In this document: piece after piece, positions 39,148 to 52,793 of the stretch
Layout: every line of letters starts with the position of its first letter
Position numbering within the stretch: position 1 is the first letter of the stretch
DNA from: Felis catus
Lineage: Eukaryota
Assembly: GCF_018350175.1 (NCBI RefSeq)
Contig: NC_058369.1
Span: 24,988,001-25,052,000 of the forward strand
Reading direction: 5' to 3'
DNA: 64,000 nt
The notes under the pieces: model-generated
Seen by the model: only the letters and a program-made list of their open reading frames with translations
Told to the model about the DNA's origin: nothing
The model's database searches: none
Program-made: the position numbers and the translations under genes

Positions 39148-40024
39148 CTAAAGGTTTCTTAAGTTGTTAAATCTAATACTACAATTTCACTTTATTTATT
39201 GCTGATCAACGAACTCTTTTTTATTAATGTTTTATTACACCAGCAATTCATAAATGCACTTCCTCCTTTCAGATATGGCTTGAGCCCCTCAGGCCCCTTC
39301 CCCCTGCACCTCCACCTCTGAGGAGCCTCCTTCTCTGTGAAGTATAGGTAGCTCTTTTTCCAGACCTTTCTCTGTGCATTTACACACATATATTATATAA
39401 ATATATATTTCCTCATTTACTTGTATCTAGTGTTTTATAATTTTCCCAAAGTGAAGCAAATTCTGTTCTACCTTGAAAGGTTTTTTTTTTTTTTTCTTAA
39501 TTTCATAGGACCCATCACAATTGCAGCTGACACTTTTGCTGTAATAAAACTGGAATTAAAAAAAAAGAAAAAAGAGACAGAAAGAGGCTTTTGGGAGCTT
39601 GGTTAGAGGCTTTGCTCTGCCTTCCAAGATCAATTGACTTGCTTCTTCATAATCTAAATAAGGTCTAAGCAATGTCATTTATTTGAAAATTTATATTAGA
39701 GCTTTTCCAAATTCCTGGCACACACTCTCTTAAAACTAACTATGGAGACCAAAGCCTGTTACATAAGCATCCAAGTCTGCAGCCATGGGTCATATTTCTT
39801 CAGTTGTCAGATCACATGATTGATAACAAGGCCAAGATAAAGGCAATAATTAAAAAAGATTTCTTTTTCTAGAAGAAAAATGACATATGTATTTGAAAAA
39901 AACAAACAAAAAAAACCCAAAAAGATTCAAACTGTTCCCACTGGAACCCATTATAAGTAGTTATTCCTCAACATTAAACAAAAAGAAATCTGATTTTTAA
40001 AAAAGCTACACCCAGAGTGGACAC

Positions 40025-40440
40025 TGTGGGTTGCCCTTCTAATATCTCTCCTTCTTATGGAATCCCTGATTTCTGTGAATATTTACCGCATGCCCACTGC
40101 ATAGTCTAGTCAAACTGCCCAGCATTCTTCTGGGAGCTGTTACCAAAACAGGATGAGGGTATGTCTTCATGTGCCCATTACACTAAAAGGAAGGGCTTAT
40201 TTTCTAGGCAAATGGAAGCACGTTGCTCCCGTAGCTACTGGCAGTCATCCTGCAACCATGAAAAGCATCAGCTTGAAGTGCACGGAGAATCAGGGGAGAT
40301 GGTGTTTGCTTTGAGTTAAGTAAGTGAGTCGGTCAACAGGGGTCCAGCCTACCCTCTGCACTTGTTCTGGGAGACGGAGCACCCTTATTGTCTAAGGTTC
40401 TGTGAGTCAGGATTTCTGCTGTTTTTTTACAAACTGATAT
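40025..40440 (+). mobile_element. Old ERVL/MaLR-type LTR remnant
   Basis: tgtgggttgcc start, catcctgcaaccatga motif, ...aaactgatatac end. Confidence 0.4.
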
Positions 40441-41129
40441 ACCACCAAAGGCGGCGGGAGGGGAAATCTGGTGCCCTTTTCTGACCTATAAATTACATTT
40501 GACAGGTTTCTTCTTTCTTTCAGTGTCACTTATATAATCTGTTCGCTACATCCACGTGCATTTTTATAGCTGAATACATTTCCCTAGGCTTTGAAGTGAC
40601 ACTTTTAATGGTTTTAAGCCTAGTGATTAAATAAATATGATTAACTGGCTGCTACCATGGAGAGTTCAAGAGAAGCAAACTCAGCTCTGAGGATATGGAG
40701 CCCCTTGCCAGCGTCTGCCAAGGTGCTAGGGGCTGGGGCGACAGTAGGGATTACAACAATTGACAGTCAGAGTCCCTGTATGTGCTTGTGGATTTACCTT
40801 CCGGTCACTGGTTATAATGGCCAAGAGGAAACAACGGGGGAGGGCAGGGCCTCCTCTGGATAGAATTAACAGGGATGTTATGAGGCATGGCCTCTACAAG
40901 GAATGGAAAGCTGAGATTGGAAGCTGAGATCAAGATGGGAACCAGATCTAGGGAAGAAGAAAGCAGGAATGCACCTGGCATATCTGAGGAGCACCAGGAC
41001 ATTCGGATTTACTACAAGGTGACAAGAGAGGGGGAGGTTGCAGGGAATGAGGTTGGCAGGTAGGCAGGAGCCAAGGCGTATCAGGCCCAGCAGCCCAAGG
41101 AAAGTGGATCTGTATTTTATGCTAAGTCA

Positions 41130-42075
41130 GGAACTCTTCATTGTTTCTGTGCTGAGAACCTCATGGGCAGCACTGGGGCCTATGGACCACTCCTTACAAA
41201 ATGTTTTTTAAATTACAATGAAACAAAACAGAAACAAAAAAAAAAAATCATTGGGACTATGAAAGATCATTGTTGGGGGTAAGGGGGGAGGGGGACAATG
41301 GAAGTGGTCTGTCTTGGCAGGGAGGAGTATTTTACCAATCGCATTATTTAGAGTTGCCAGCATATAGTGATAATAAAAAGCAGATAGACTTGAAGTCAAC
41401 TTCTTATCGCTTTTAACTTCTTTAGCCAGTGCATCACCTTATGGACTGAAATAGGGCAACTGCCCCTGTCATTCTCCTAGATCCTGTCTTGGTACACTTC
41501 TGATGAAGGAAACGCATTACTTTAAAATAGTTATCAACATATTAGAAAATTAATTTATCATATGGTAACAAATGATTTCTTTGCTTACGCTTTAAATAAC
41601 AAGATCTGGGGTGCCTGGGTGGCTCAGTCAGTTAAGCATTTGATTTCAGCTCAGGTCATGATCTCACAGTTTGTGAGTTTGAGCCCTGCATCAGGCTCTT
41701 GGGCTGACAGCTCAGAGCCTGGAGCCTCCTTCAGATTCTGTGTCTCCCTCTCTCTCTGCCCCTCCCCGACTCGTGCTGTCTCTCTCTCTCTCATAAATAA
41801 ATAAACTTAAAAAAAATTTAAATAACAAGATCTGGTGATGGGTCTAATAACTACTGCCATTTTCAGTAATCGTGGGCATACAAGATATTTAGAGATCTAT
41901 GCAGCCAGTGTAAGGTAACAAGAAAATAGCAGGGCATTCTTTTGGTCACAAAGTCACAGGTACTGCTGTGGTTTGTTGGCTCACATTTGTAACAAAAGGA
42001 TATGTAGCTTTTGGTTGGAAATTAGTGAAAATAAAGATGTAATTTTTGTCCCAACCCAAATTTATAGATCCCATG
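41130..42075. mobile_element. hAT-Charlie DNA transposon relic interrupted by a SINE
   Basis: Resembles the element at 54148-54650 in opposite orientation (gtcacaggtactgct...gttggaaattagtgaaaataaagatgta). Confidence 0.5.
41608..41818 (+). mobile_element. Can-SINE
   Basis: TSD tttaaataacaagatct. Confidence 0.92.
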
Positions 42076-44211
42076 GAAATTACTGGAAGGTTTGACCAAG
42101 GGGTATAACATGATCTGATTTAGGTTGTTTAAAAATCAGACTAATAGACGGTGAGTGGGTAAGGCAAAAGAAAAAATGCACAAAGGTCATTTCCTGTTGA
42201 GCTGGCAATGGCCATGTGTAAGGGAGGGCAACACCATGGTTTGTCTTGCTAAGAAGCTGCTAAAGAACAGATCCGTCTTTATGAGCACTCCCCGGGCTTG
42301 GGATGAGAAAGGTGACACAGCAGCAATAAAACCCTGTGGCCCTCTGCTGCAGGGAGGAGAGGAGGTCACAGCCAGGAAAGACCCCTGAGCAAGTCAGGGA
42401 AGCTCAGAGAAAAGAAACCACGTTTGCCTCTGTTTCCTGTAAGATGCGCCTGATGACAACTACTCAGCAGGCTGGTTCTGCAGGGGAAAGGAGCTGCTGT
42501 ACACAGAATGATGCACCTCAGTAAGTGAGCCCTCGGTACTGGAGTAGGACCATCCCCTGCTGGTGCTTTCTGCTTGGAACCTTGATCATACGCTCTGGAG
42601 GGAGTATGGGCACAAGAGCCCATCTCACCTTGCAAAGGTCACGGGATGGCCCCAGGTGACCTATAAAACCAGGGACTGGAAGGCACTGGGGCCCAATTCT
42701 GACATCTAGGGTTGGAACAACACCAGGGAGAACTCCTCAGATACTCAAGATTTAAAACTTAGATTGCCCACATGAAAACATGGCAAAGGAAATCCTCTCC
42801 CTAGCAGGAAAGCAAGGAACCTAAAACCAGGACAGGGTTAAGCAGGAGCTCCAGACCTGGGCTTTTGTTTCTTGATGCATTTGCAGAGGGGGCTATGGGT
42901 CACCCACTTCTTGAAGGGAGCATATGCTTGTGACACCAAGGGGCTGAAAGGTGTGGCTGGCGCGGCCTAGACTTTTTGGGCCCTCAGAAGAGCCCTGCAG
43001 GGAGCGAAGAACACAGTCCACCACCACCAAGTCCTGTGCTTGGCCCAGAAGCTCCGGCCAGGCAGTACCCCCTCTCTCCCCCAAACTGAAGAATGTGCCT
43101 TAGTCAGACTTTTCCTCCTCTTTCTCTTCGGAGGGTCTTCTAAAAACTTCTACCCCAGCTTTTGCTCTTTTAGTTTTTACTCTTTCTCTCCTGAATGTCT
43201 CCAATCTGCAGCTCACTTCCCTTGGCCTATGACAGTTCTCAAGGCCCCCCCCCCCCCAAACCCACACACAGTGACAGAGTGTGCTAAAAAAAATGGCCTC
43301 TGGCCAATCTGATACAGAGTCAAAAACACAGATTCTTATCCACAGCTTGAAATGGGGGAGCAAAAGGAACTGTGACTCCCTGACCCTCCTTGCCCATCCA
43401 CCTCTCGGGACTTTACAAGGAATTTACAGAGCATAGGAAGGGGGACTGGAATAGGGATTGGAGGCAGTCTGTCCTTCTCTAAGTGCGAGGGATACAACAG
43501 AAACCCCCAGAGTGACCGAAGCACCACCCAAGAAACCCCCTACTCCACAAATCCTCTGTGCCCACTTTGAACCCAGATCCACGGAACAGCTACTGTTGAG
43601 CCAACATCAAACCACTTTTTCAGAGGTTGGGGAAATACCCCTTCCCAAATCCTGGCTCTTGTTCCAATGTCCAAACAAAAAGCTTTTATGAGGATTATTT
43701 CACTGGGTGACATGGCTTGAAGAAAGCAGTCCCCTTGCAGCCGGAAGGTCAACAGTGCTGCTTTGTTTGAATCGACGTCCTCTGTGGGGCTGAGGTTAAG
43801 TTGTGCCGCCCTCCGGGGATCTCTGTGGCAATGGGCATTCATTTAAAGACACACAGGATGAGGTTGCTGAGGGCAGCTGACCACGGCTGAGCAGCAAATG
43901 ACACCTCCTGTCTTTCCTTTGGCCCTCTCATTAGATTTGTCAATGAAAATGTTATCGACCTCCTCCATTGGAAAATGTTTGTGGTTGTAGCTGAGCACGT
44001 CTGTTACAACTGCTGACACAGGGTTCCAAAATCATAGGACCTAAGAGTCAAATGAACCCACTCAGCAAAAACTCCTCTTGCTTTTTTCCACTCCATTTGG
44101 GCTGTGTTCATGGGCTGCTCCATTAGAATCTCTGCTTTCTCTCCTACTTACATGAAGGGTTTTGTTCTGTTCTTCTAATGAATCACATCTTGTGTGTTTC
44201 AAAAAGGCATC

Positions 44212-44561
44212 TGTTATGAACTGAATGTTTGTGTCGCCCTAAAATTCATATGCTGAAGCCTCAACCCTCATTGAAATGGTATTTGGAGGTGGGGCCTTTG
44301 GGAGGCAATTGGGTTTAGATGAGGTCATGAGGCTGGGGCCCCTACAATGGGATTAGTGTCCTTACAAGAAAGGGAAAGGAGACCGGAGCTCTCTCTTCTT
44401 GGCATCTGAGGACACAGACAGAAGGTGAGATGGTGACCAGGAACCATATCTGCTGGCATTCTGATCCAGATTTCCTAGCCTCCAGGACTGTAAGAAATGA
44501 ATTTCTGTTGTTTAAGTCACTCAGACTAAGGTATTTTGTTACAGCAGCCTGAGCTAAGACA
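44212..44561 (+). mobile_element. MaLR solo LTR (MLT1A/B-like), 350 bp
   Basis: TG...CA termini; ctgaatgtttgtgtc...aaaattcatatgctgaa motif; 5-bp TSD gcatc. Confidence 0.9.
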
Positions 44562-45089
44562 GCATCCTAATTAAAGAATAGTCTTAAGTTTGCCATAATG
44601 AGAAATGGAAAAGTACGCATTAGTGTCCTTAGTACGCATGCTTGTGTCTTCTTCTTCCACCATCCAAGGGGTGGAGAGAAGGACTTGAAGCAAGGTGGTC
44701 ACATGAGCAAACTTAAGATACTTGTCTCCCATTATTAACCAACATCTAATGTATTTACCTTCTAATCATCTACCTGAAGAACCCATGGTACTCCAAATGT
44801 CATGGATCTGGGGAATTTAGATCTAGGATCTAGGATTTAGGAACTGGATTTAGGAACGATTTAGGAAGTGGAAAGGATGTAATCTGACTGCTTTACTTTA
44901 TACATGTGGAAACTGAGGCCCAGAGAGGTGAGGCAACAGGTACAAGGTCAGATAGCTACACAATGACAGAAGTCAAAATAAAACCTGAGTCTTCTAATTT
45001 ACCCTGAGAAGTGCCTGTCCCAGATGAGGCAGGAAAGATACAAACTTCTGCACATGTTCCTCAAACTCACCTGCTCCGTAACCAGCTAA

Positions 45090-45720
45090 GTCTTACAATG
45101 AATCCTGGCTTCCTCTGAGGCATTCACCACTCAGCAACTGGAAGAATCTTCTCAAAACACACACCACCCCCTTGCTTAAACCTTCCCCTCTCTCCGCTAG
45201 TGACTCCCTACTGTTCTTAGGATAACAATCAAAATCTTGAACATGTTCTTTGGGGCTCTGCATGGTCTGGTTTCTGCCAATTGCTCTAATCTTACCATCT
45301 ACCACCTATCAGATGTACTTGCCTTTAAAGCAGCATGCTCCATCCTACCACAGGACCCTTGCACATGTTGTTCCCGTGTTGCAACTCTTTCACTCTCCCC
45401 TTTAACCTAGTTAGCACTCTCCCTTCTTTCAGATCTCACTTCCTCAAAGAAACCTTCCTTGACCTTTCATGAATAGGTTAAGGTCCTTGATTAAATGCCC
45501 TCATAGCAACATACTACTCTCGCTTTCAAAGCTTTTATTTCCACTTGTTATTATAGTCTTGTTACTGTAATTAGTAATTAATATCTTCCTCCTCCACTGG
45601 ACTGTAAGCTACCAGGAACTTGCCCATCTTTGTTTACCATTTTATCCTCTTACTATCAGCACAGTGCAAACATAGAGATGCTCAATAAATATGAATATGA
45701 ATAAAAGAATTAAATGAGAA
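45090..45720 (+). mobile_element. LINE-2 3' fragment
   Basis: ccactggactgtaagct...gcacagtgc...atgctcaataaatatgaatatgaat L2 end. Confidence 0.75.
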
Positions 45721-46821
45721 AAAGAACTAAAAAATACATGTAAGGTCTTTGAATACCTGAGAATCTAGAAATGTCTTCTGAGTCACTTGCATATTGGGAA
45801 ACTATTTCAATGATCAATACTGCTTCACATAGGCCTTTCTAGGAGAGAAGGAAATGACTTGATACCCTTCTCTCAGAAGCATGCTTTCTTCCTCAAGACC
45901 ACATCACATAAAACATAGTAACATGTCAACATCTACTCAGGCAACATGAGATCTTCCATCAAATGTGAGTTCCCAAACTAAACAAAACCTCTAGGGTCCC
46001 AATGGCAATTTTGTCCCTTACTATGGTTTCTCCAGATCCCATCAATCAAGTCCTTCATTATATAACACATAGAGATAACCCTCCCTTCATGCCGTCCCTG
46101 TTTTCAGACACATTCTTCATGACCATCGTCAGCAGCCGGCTCATTTCTCATTTCAGACACTCCTCCACTTTCCCGCGGGGACAGCAAGCACATGGCAGGC
46201 CATTTTCCCGCAATCTGACAACAATTTAAATTAAATCTCAGCCTCAATTTCTGGTTGTACTGTGGAGGGAGACTGTCATCGAGGAACACGGCGAAACTTT
46301 AGACAGCCATGTGGCAGAGAACACAGTATGGCACTTCAGACACAAAAGCACAAGCAAACCCCCTTTTCTATGTGAAAGCAAATCAACATGAAATATCGAC
46401 TGAAAAGGGAGACAGTTTACAATTTTTCAAAGCTGAATATTTTTCAGCTAAACATAATATTCAAGTTTGTGAAAACAAAACCATGTTAAGAAGGTGTTTT
46501 CTCTCTTCTCTATGGAATTTAGTCAGTTCCTGTGGCTTTCATGATATCTGGACAGGTGGCTGGTGAGGTATGATCTGTGAGTGTGGACACATTCAAAGCA
46601 CAGTAGCCTCTGTCAGTTGTGGGTGGGTCATGTGCCTTTTGAGTTATTTGCAAACAAAAGCAACCCTACCTTTCTTTTAAATTGCTAGCATGATTAAACT
46701 GGGTACATCATCACGTCCATTTAGGGAGGGTCCATTCAGCACCTCTGATTTTGTCTTCCCACTGTCTTATAATCAATAAAGCCTTTTAATCAATAAAGCT
46801 TATAATCAATAAAAGCCATTT

Positions 46822-47036
46822 TTAAAGTTTTTTTTAATGTTTAATTTTGAGAGAGAGAGAGACAGAGAGAGCAAGTGGGGGAGGGGCTGAGAGAGAGGGA
46901 GACGCAGAATCCAAAGCAGGCTCCAGCTCTGAACTGTCAGCACAGAGGTCGATGTGGGGCATGAACTCACCAGCCGTGAGATCATGACCTGAGCTGAAGT
47001 CGGGATGTTCACCCAACTGAGCCACCCAGGTGCCCC
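46822..47036 (-). mobile_element. Can-SINE
   Basis: TSD aataaaagccatttt. Confidence 0.9.
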
Positions 47037-47859
47037 AATAAAAGCCATTTTAAACCACAACCTTATTTACCTTCTCCAAGTAAAACAAGCCAGACACAAG
47101 GTACAGGGAAGCTAAAGGTGGTGACCAGCATGGCAGGTGCCTGGCACCACTTTCCCACTTGGGGTCTCTCCAAAGCAGCTCCCTTATTTTCTTCGCGGTA
47201 CTGAGAATGCTCAAGAATGCAAGGCACGCTCACATTTCAATGCAATCTCCAGAACACATTCCAGGGTGAGATACAAATAATGTACTGGTTCTCCGTGGGT
47301 TTTACATGGCTTAGAATATACTCCTTTCCATTAACGCGGCCCAACCACAGATGAGTCCAGTGACAACTCCTCACAGACTTCTCTCCTCCTCTGACCACAT
47401 GGTGGGCACGAGGAACAGCGCTCTGCACTCAATAAATACCAGTCAAATGGAAAGGAATTGAGACTTCAAAAGGGGAATGTTTTTCATTTTAACAGAAAAT
47501 TTCCGTTCTGACCATTATCCTGAGAGAGGTAGATGTGCAAGCACCAGCATTAACGATTCCACATCTGCACAAACCATGTGTACATTCCATATTGCTTATA
47601 TCCTCTTATCTCCAGGCTCATTTATTTTATTAGCTCATAAAACCCTGGCGCTATGTTCACTTATCTTGCTTTGGATACCACGAGGCCTCTTCAGGTAGGT
47701 AGGTCTTGGTTTTTCCTTCTTATCGCTTTTCTTCAAAATGAGAGAACGCAAAAATGTGCATACAGGAAGACAGACATTCTCAAAAGGTTGCCAAGATAAA
47801 TCCAAGTCATGTTTACAGGAACCGTCCAAAGGCAGCAAGAAACATGTACAATGAAGTGA

Positions 47860-48560
47860 CTACTCATTCAGTTATCCAGCAAACGTTAATTGGATGCACT
47901 CTGTGCCAGACATGATCCCAGATGTTAGGAATAAGGCAGAAAATGAGATAAAAATTGTATTTTAGTGTGAAGAGTCACATACTAATAAATAAAAAATACA
48001 TAATGTGGCATGTAATGACACATATTATGAAGAAAAAAATACAGTTAGGTAGGAAGAGTAGGTAGTGATTGAGGGGGTGGTGGGGGGCATGGGGGACAGA
48101 AAAAGCCCATCCAAGGACATTTGGGCAGATACCTGAAGGCAGATGAGGAAGTATGCCACATAGGTATCAAAAAGAACTTTCCATAGAGAGAATCAGCTTT
48201 GCCAAGACCCCGGGGCGTGAGTGTAGAAGAAAAAGAGGGCCAGGGTGTGAGAGCATAGGAGAAGGGAGAGTGGTAGGTGATGGAGTCCAGAAGAAGCCTC
48301 ATGAGCTGATACTGCTTGGCCTCTAGGGTCACTAGGAGGGTGTAGCGATGCCACTGAGTGAGGAGGGAGACAGTGTGTAACTTAGGCTTAAGAGAAACTC
48401 TCTGAGAGTAGACAACAGAGGGTCAAGGGAAGAAGCAAGGAGACCCAGTGGGAGGCTTCTGCACCCATCCAGCCACTGTAGAGACTTGGAAGCCTAATAA
48501 AGGTGGTCCTGCTGGAGGTGATAATGGTCTGGTTCTGGCTCTATTGCAAAGCAGAGCTCA
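47860..48560 (-). mobile_element. LINE-2 fragment
   Basis: tcattcagttatccagcaaacgttaattggatgcactctgtgccagaca, the L2 3' end in antisense. Confidence 0.65.
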
Positions 48561-49555
48561 AAGAGGTGCTATCAGCCAGTTACCCCTCGTTGGTGATGCT
48601 TAGATCTGAGTCAGACTCTGCAGAATGAAATCAACAGCTGAGGCATTTTGTTAAATACTTCTATTAATTATTATTTACAAATAATAACTCATTTAAAATC
48701 AAACTTGTTCCCCCTAAAAAGGCACAGAACTCCCTCTTGTTTTAGGCAACACATAAACATCATCTTTATTTCCACCTTCCTGGTATTACTTATCTTTTAT
48801 GAGAGTTCCTAAATTTACATTTGAAAAAAAATCCACTCAACAAATCTTTCTGAGGGCTGGATATATACCAGGCACTTTCTTGGGCACCAGGATGACAGCA
48901 GTGCCTCAAATAGACAATATTTCTGTCTATGTCCCATCCCATGCTCCTGGATTATTTTACATCAGCAGTAATGAAGTGCTGACAGTGCAAAAGCCCTACT
49001 ACATTATCTTTCTGAATCCTTACACAACTCAATTATCATCTATAACACAGAGGTTGGATATGCTGCCCAAGGTCACACAGCTAGGAAATGATGAGGCCAG
49101 AATTCAAAACACCAGAACCAGAACTCCACTTCTGCATGCTCCTGGATTTAAGGTACAATCCCGAATATGAGTCCCAAGAGACTTATACTCATTCTTCCTC
49201 GTCATTTTGGGCAGGGCACTTGACTTGTCTCAACTTCAATTTTCATATCTACAAAATGAAATGTATTCAACTAAATAATCTCTAAGGTCACTGCCAGGTC
49301 TAAACTTCTAGAGATCTTGCTCCGACACCCAAGGCTCCCAGAGCCAAATACACCAACAGTGAGGACACAAAGCAAAGCCCACCCACCACACAGTATAATT
49401 TCTCAAGGTCAGCTTTTGCATAAAATAAAGTGAAGCACTTCCCCAGGTGAACCTTTGCATAGACCAGCTAAAAGAAAGTAAATCAATTTCAAGGATACTC
49501 TAAGGGGGGAAAATGTTAGTAGCAGTGGAATTCACAGCAAAATTCCTTTCTTTCA

Positions 49556-49770
49556 GGGGCGCCTGGGTGGCTCAGTCAGTTAAGTGTGTGACTTTGGCTC
49601 AGGTCATGATCTCGTGGTTTGTGGGTTCAAGCCCCGCATCGGGCTCTGTGCTGACAGCTCAGAGCCTGAAGCCTGCTTCTAATTCTGTGTCTCCCTCTCT
49701 CTCTGCCACTCCCCTGCCTGCACTCAGTCTCTCTCTCTCAAAAATAAACAAACAGTAAACAATTAAAAAA
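49556..49770 (+). mobile_element. Can-SINE
   Basis: ggggcgcctgggtggctcag head, (CT)n, A-tail. Confidence 0.9.
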
Positions 49771-51034
49771 TTTTTTTCTTTCAAAACCAACAGTCTGGAA
49801 TTAGTCCCTTAAAAGAAGGAGAAAAGTAATAGGTGTAGCTAAAATGTGTCTCCCCTGTGCTTGGTTAACTTGTAACAAAATCTAGAGCAACCCCACTTGT
49901 CTCTTGACAAAAAGTCTTAATAAGTCTTACTTCCTGCAGTGCCCTTGTGCCTGACACAGGGTAAAGTTCAATAACTACCAGTTGATTGAATTAGTGCATG
50001 AATAACTCAATGAATGCACTAAAGAATGAACAAGTGAACTCATTAATTCCACAGTAATAAATATTTCCTTGATAGAATTTATATAGATCTGGCCAGCAAA
50101 TGCTTCATTTTCCTTTGCCAAATAAAGACAAAGAAAATAGTTTAGATGTATTGATTTTAGGGTTGAGTAGAAGATTCCAATTTTGTAAATTGGTATTTTG
50201 AGGTGTATGGGGAGTAAAAGAAATCTCATTTATAGAACTATAAGAGGAAAAAGTCAGTCTGTTCAGTTAAGAACCACAAGAAAACCCTTCAGTTCCCCAC
50301 AGGATTCCTAAGAAGTTAACCCCAAGCTGCACTGATGACTGAAGATAAGCCCATGGTTCAGTTTCAAATGCTTTATCATCACTACAAGCCATGAATGTTG
50401 TTTGCAGAGAAAGAACCTACTCATCTGGGGTCAACTCTCTCCAAAAAATGATCAACACATAGCAGTGCTGAGTTAGACAGTAGGGTGGAGGAAGACACAC
50501 AAACCACGAGGTTTCTTCTGGCCACTTCATTCTTTTGGCATTTTTCAGAAGTTACACAAGAATGTAAGTATCAATCAGGTGATGTAAAAATTTCATGCAC
50601 AGTAAATGTCAAGGGAAAAAGTCAATATATCACCTTTTCTTCACAGAGAAGGAGCATCAGAAACAACTGAGAAAATAAGAAGAAAGAAAAACAGCTTCTG
50701 CTATTAAAACTGGAATATATAACCAGACCAAAGAGGAAACTTGATGCAATTATGTAAGTCATTTGGGGAAAAACTCAATTAGCTGGGAACGGAAGCCTGG
50801 ATGGAACTTCCTAACCAAGATTATTTACATAATTTTTAGGCGGACAGACCTCAGCTACATTTTAGGGAAAAAATCATACACAAAAGTGTTTATGAACAAT
50901 TATTTTCTAGTGACTTCTTACCACAAATAATCTCAGTTAAAATAGAGTTACTGATAAATTGCGTAATTTTAAAGGCAGTTGAGATGTAAACTTTGCCAAT
51001 GTATCAAATTTACTCTTTGAATTCACAACTCTTC

Positions 51035-51106
51035 TTCCTTCCTTCCTTCCTTCCTTCCTTCCTTCCTTCCTTCCTTCCTTCCTTCCTTCCTTCCTTCCTT
51101 CCTTCC
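51035..51106. repeat. (TTCC)18 / (GGAA)18 perfect microsatellite
   Basis: 72-nt uninterrupted tetranucleotide repeat. Confidence 0.95.
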
Positions 51107-51161
51107 TTTTAACCATGCATGATGCAGAAGGAATGTTTCTGTGTATGTAAGTTTAAAAGGT

Positions 51162-51375
51162 GGGGTGCCTGTGTGGCTCAGTCAGTTAAGCATCCGACTT
51201 TGGCTCAGGTCATGATCTCACGGTTTGTGAGTTTGAGCCCCGCATGGGGTTCTGTGCTGACAGCTCAGAGCCTGGAGCCTGCTTCAGATTCTGTGTCTCC
51301 CTCTCTCTCTGCCCCTCCCCCGCTCATGCTCTATCACTCTCTCTCTTTCAAAAATAAATAAACATTAAAAAAATT
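51162..51375 (+). mobile_element. Can-SINE
   Basis: Canonical head, body and tail. Confidence 0.9.
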
Positions 51376-51784
51376 TTTTTAAGTTGCATATAGTTTTGCT
51401 TAAATGACACACACGATGGAGACAAAACAACTTTCCTCCACCATTTCTCATAGCCTATTCAAATCTGCATTTGGTGACAGTGTGGTTTTTATTTGTTTGC
51501 TTTTCTTTGGTGTCCATGAGTGGAAGCAGCACAAAATAGCACAAGAATCCAAACCACAAAAGTAGTAATTTAATATTATTCATACTACCATTAAAATAGC
51601 AAGGATCCACAGGAACTTTTTTGCATTTACCTTACTGCTTGATCTGGAGTATGACATGGTCTTTGTAACTGGAAAATATTGGACATCAAAAGTGCCCCTT
51701 AATGGAGAATCATTAAACTATGACCTATTTGTTTTATGCAATAATAAGCAGAAGTTAAAATAATAAGACATATCCTTCACTTGC

Positions 51785-52575
51785 TTAATGAATAAATAAA
51801 CTGTGGTACATCCATACAATGAGATATAATTCCAGTGATAAAAAAGAAGTGAGTTCTCAAGCCACAAAAAAGACATGGAGGAAGCTTAAATTCATATTAC
51901 TAAGTGAAAGAAGCCAGTCTGAAAAGGCTACATACTGTATGACATTCTGGAAAAGGCAAAACTGTGGAGACAGCAAAAAAGACCAGTGGTTGCTAGGGGT
52001 TGGGGGAGAGAGGGATGAATAGGCTGAGCACAGAGGATTTTCAGGGCAATGAAACTATTTTTTTAATTTTAATTTTAATTTTTAAGTTTATCTGTTCTCA
52101 AGAAAGAGAGAGAGTGAGCGTGATCAGGAAGGGACAGAGAGAGGGGGAGACACAGAATCCGAAGCAGGCTCCAGCTCTGAGCTGTCAGCACAGAGCCCAA
52201 TGCGGGGCTTAAACTGATGAATGGTGAGATTATGACCTGAGTCGAAGTCGGATGCTCAACTGATGAGCCACCCAGGTGCCCCAGTGAAACTATTTTGTAA
52301 GGTACCAAAACGGTGGATATTTGTCATTATACATTTGTCAAAAGCTACAGAATGTACAACATTGAGAGAAGTCTAATGTAAACTACGGACTTCAGGTAAT
52401 AATTGTGTGTCAATGTAGGTTCATTGATTACAACAAAGGTACCACTCTGGTGGAAGATGTTGATGATAATGGAGGAGGGGGCTCTGCATGTGTAGGGTCA
52501 CCGGGTATAGAGAAGCTCTCTGTACCCTCTCCTCAATTTTGCTGTGAATCTAAAACTGTTATAAATAATAAAGAC
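51785..52575 (+). mobile_element. Old L1 (L1MC-like) 3' fragment interrupted by a SINE
   Basis: taaactgtggtacatccatacaatg...aagtgaaagaagccagtctgaaaaggctacatactgtatg. Confidence 0.8.
52060..52282 (-). mobile_element. Can-SINE
   Basis: TSD a(a/g)tgaaactatttt. Confidence 0.9.
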
Positions 52576-52579
52576 TATT

Positions 52580-52793
52580 TTTTTAAATATTTTATTTTTG
52601 ACAGAGAGAGACAGAGCATGAGCAGGGGAGGGGCAGAGGGAGAGGGGGACACAGAATCTGAAGCAGGCTCCAGGCTCTGAGCTGTCAGCACGGAGCCTGA
52701 CGCAGGGCTCGAACTCATGGACCACAAGATCATGACCTAAAAAGATCATGACAAAAGTCGGACACTTAACCAACTGAGCCACCCAGGTGCCCC
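52580..52793 (-). mobile_element. Can-SINE
   Basis: TSD aataaagactattt. Confidence 0.9.

Noticed and set aside
45065..45110. Consensus minus-strand donor CAG|GTGAGT
   Set aside because: It lies at the edge of an L2 relic with no convincing paired acceptor or start site
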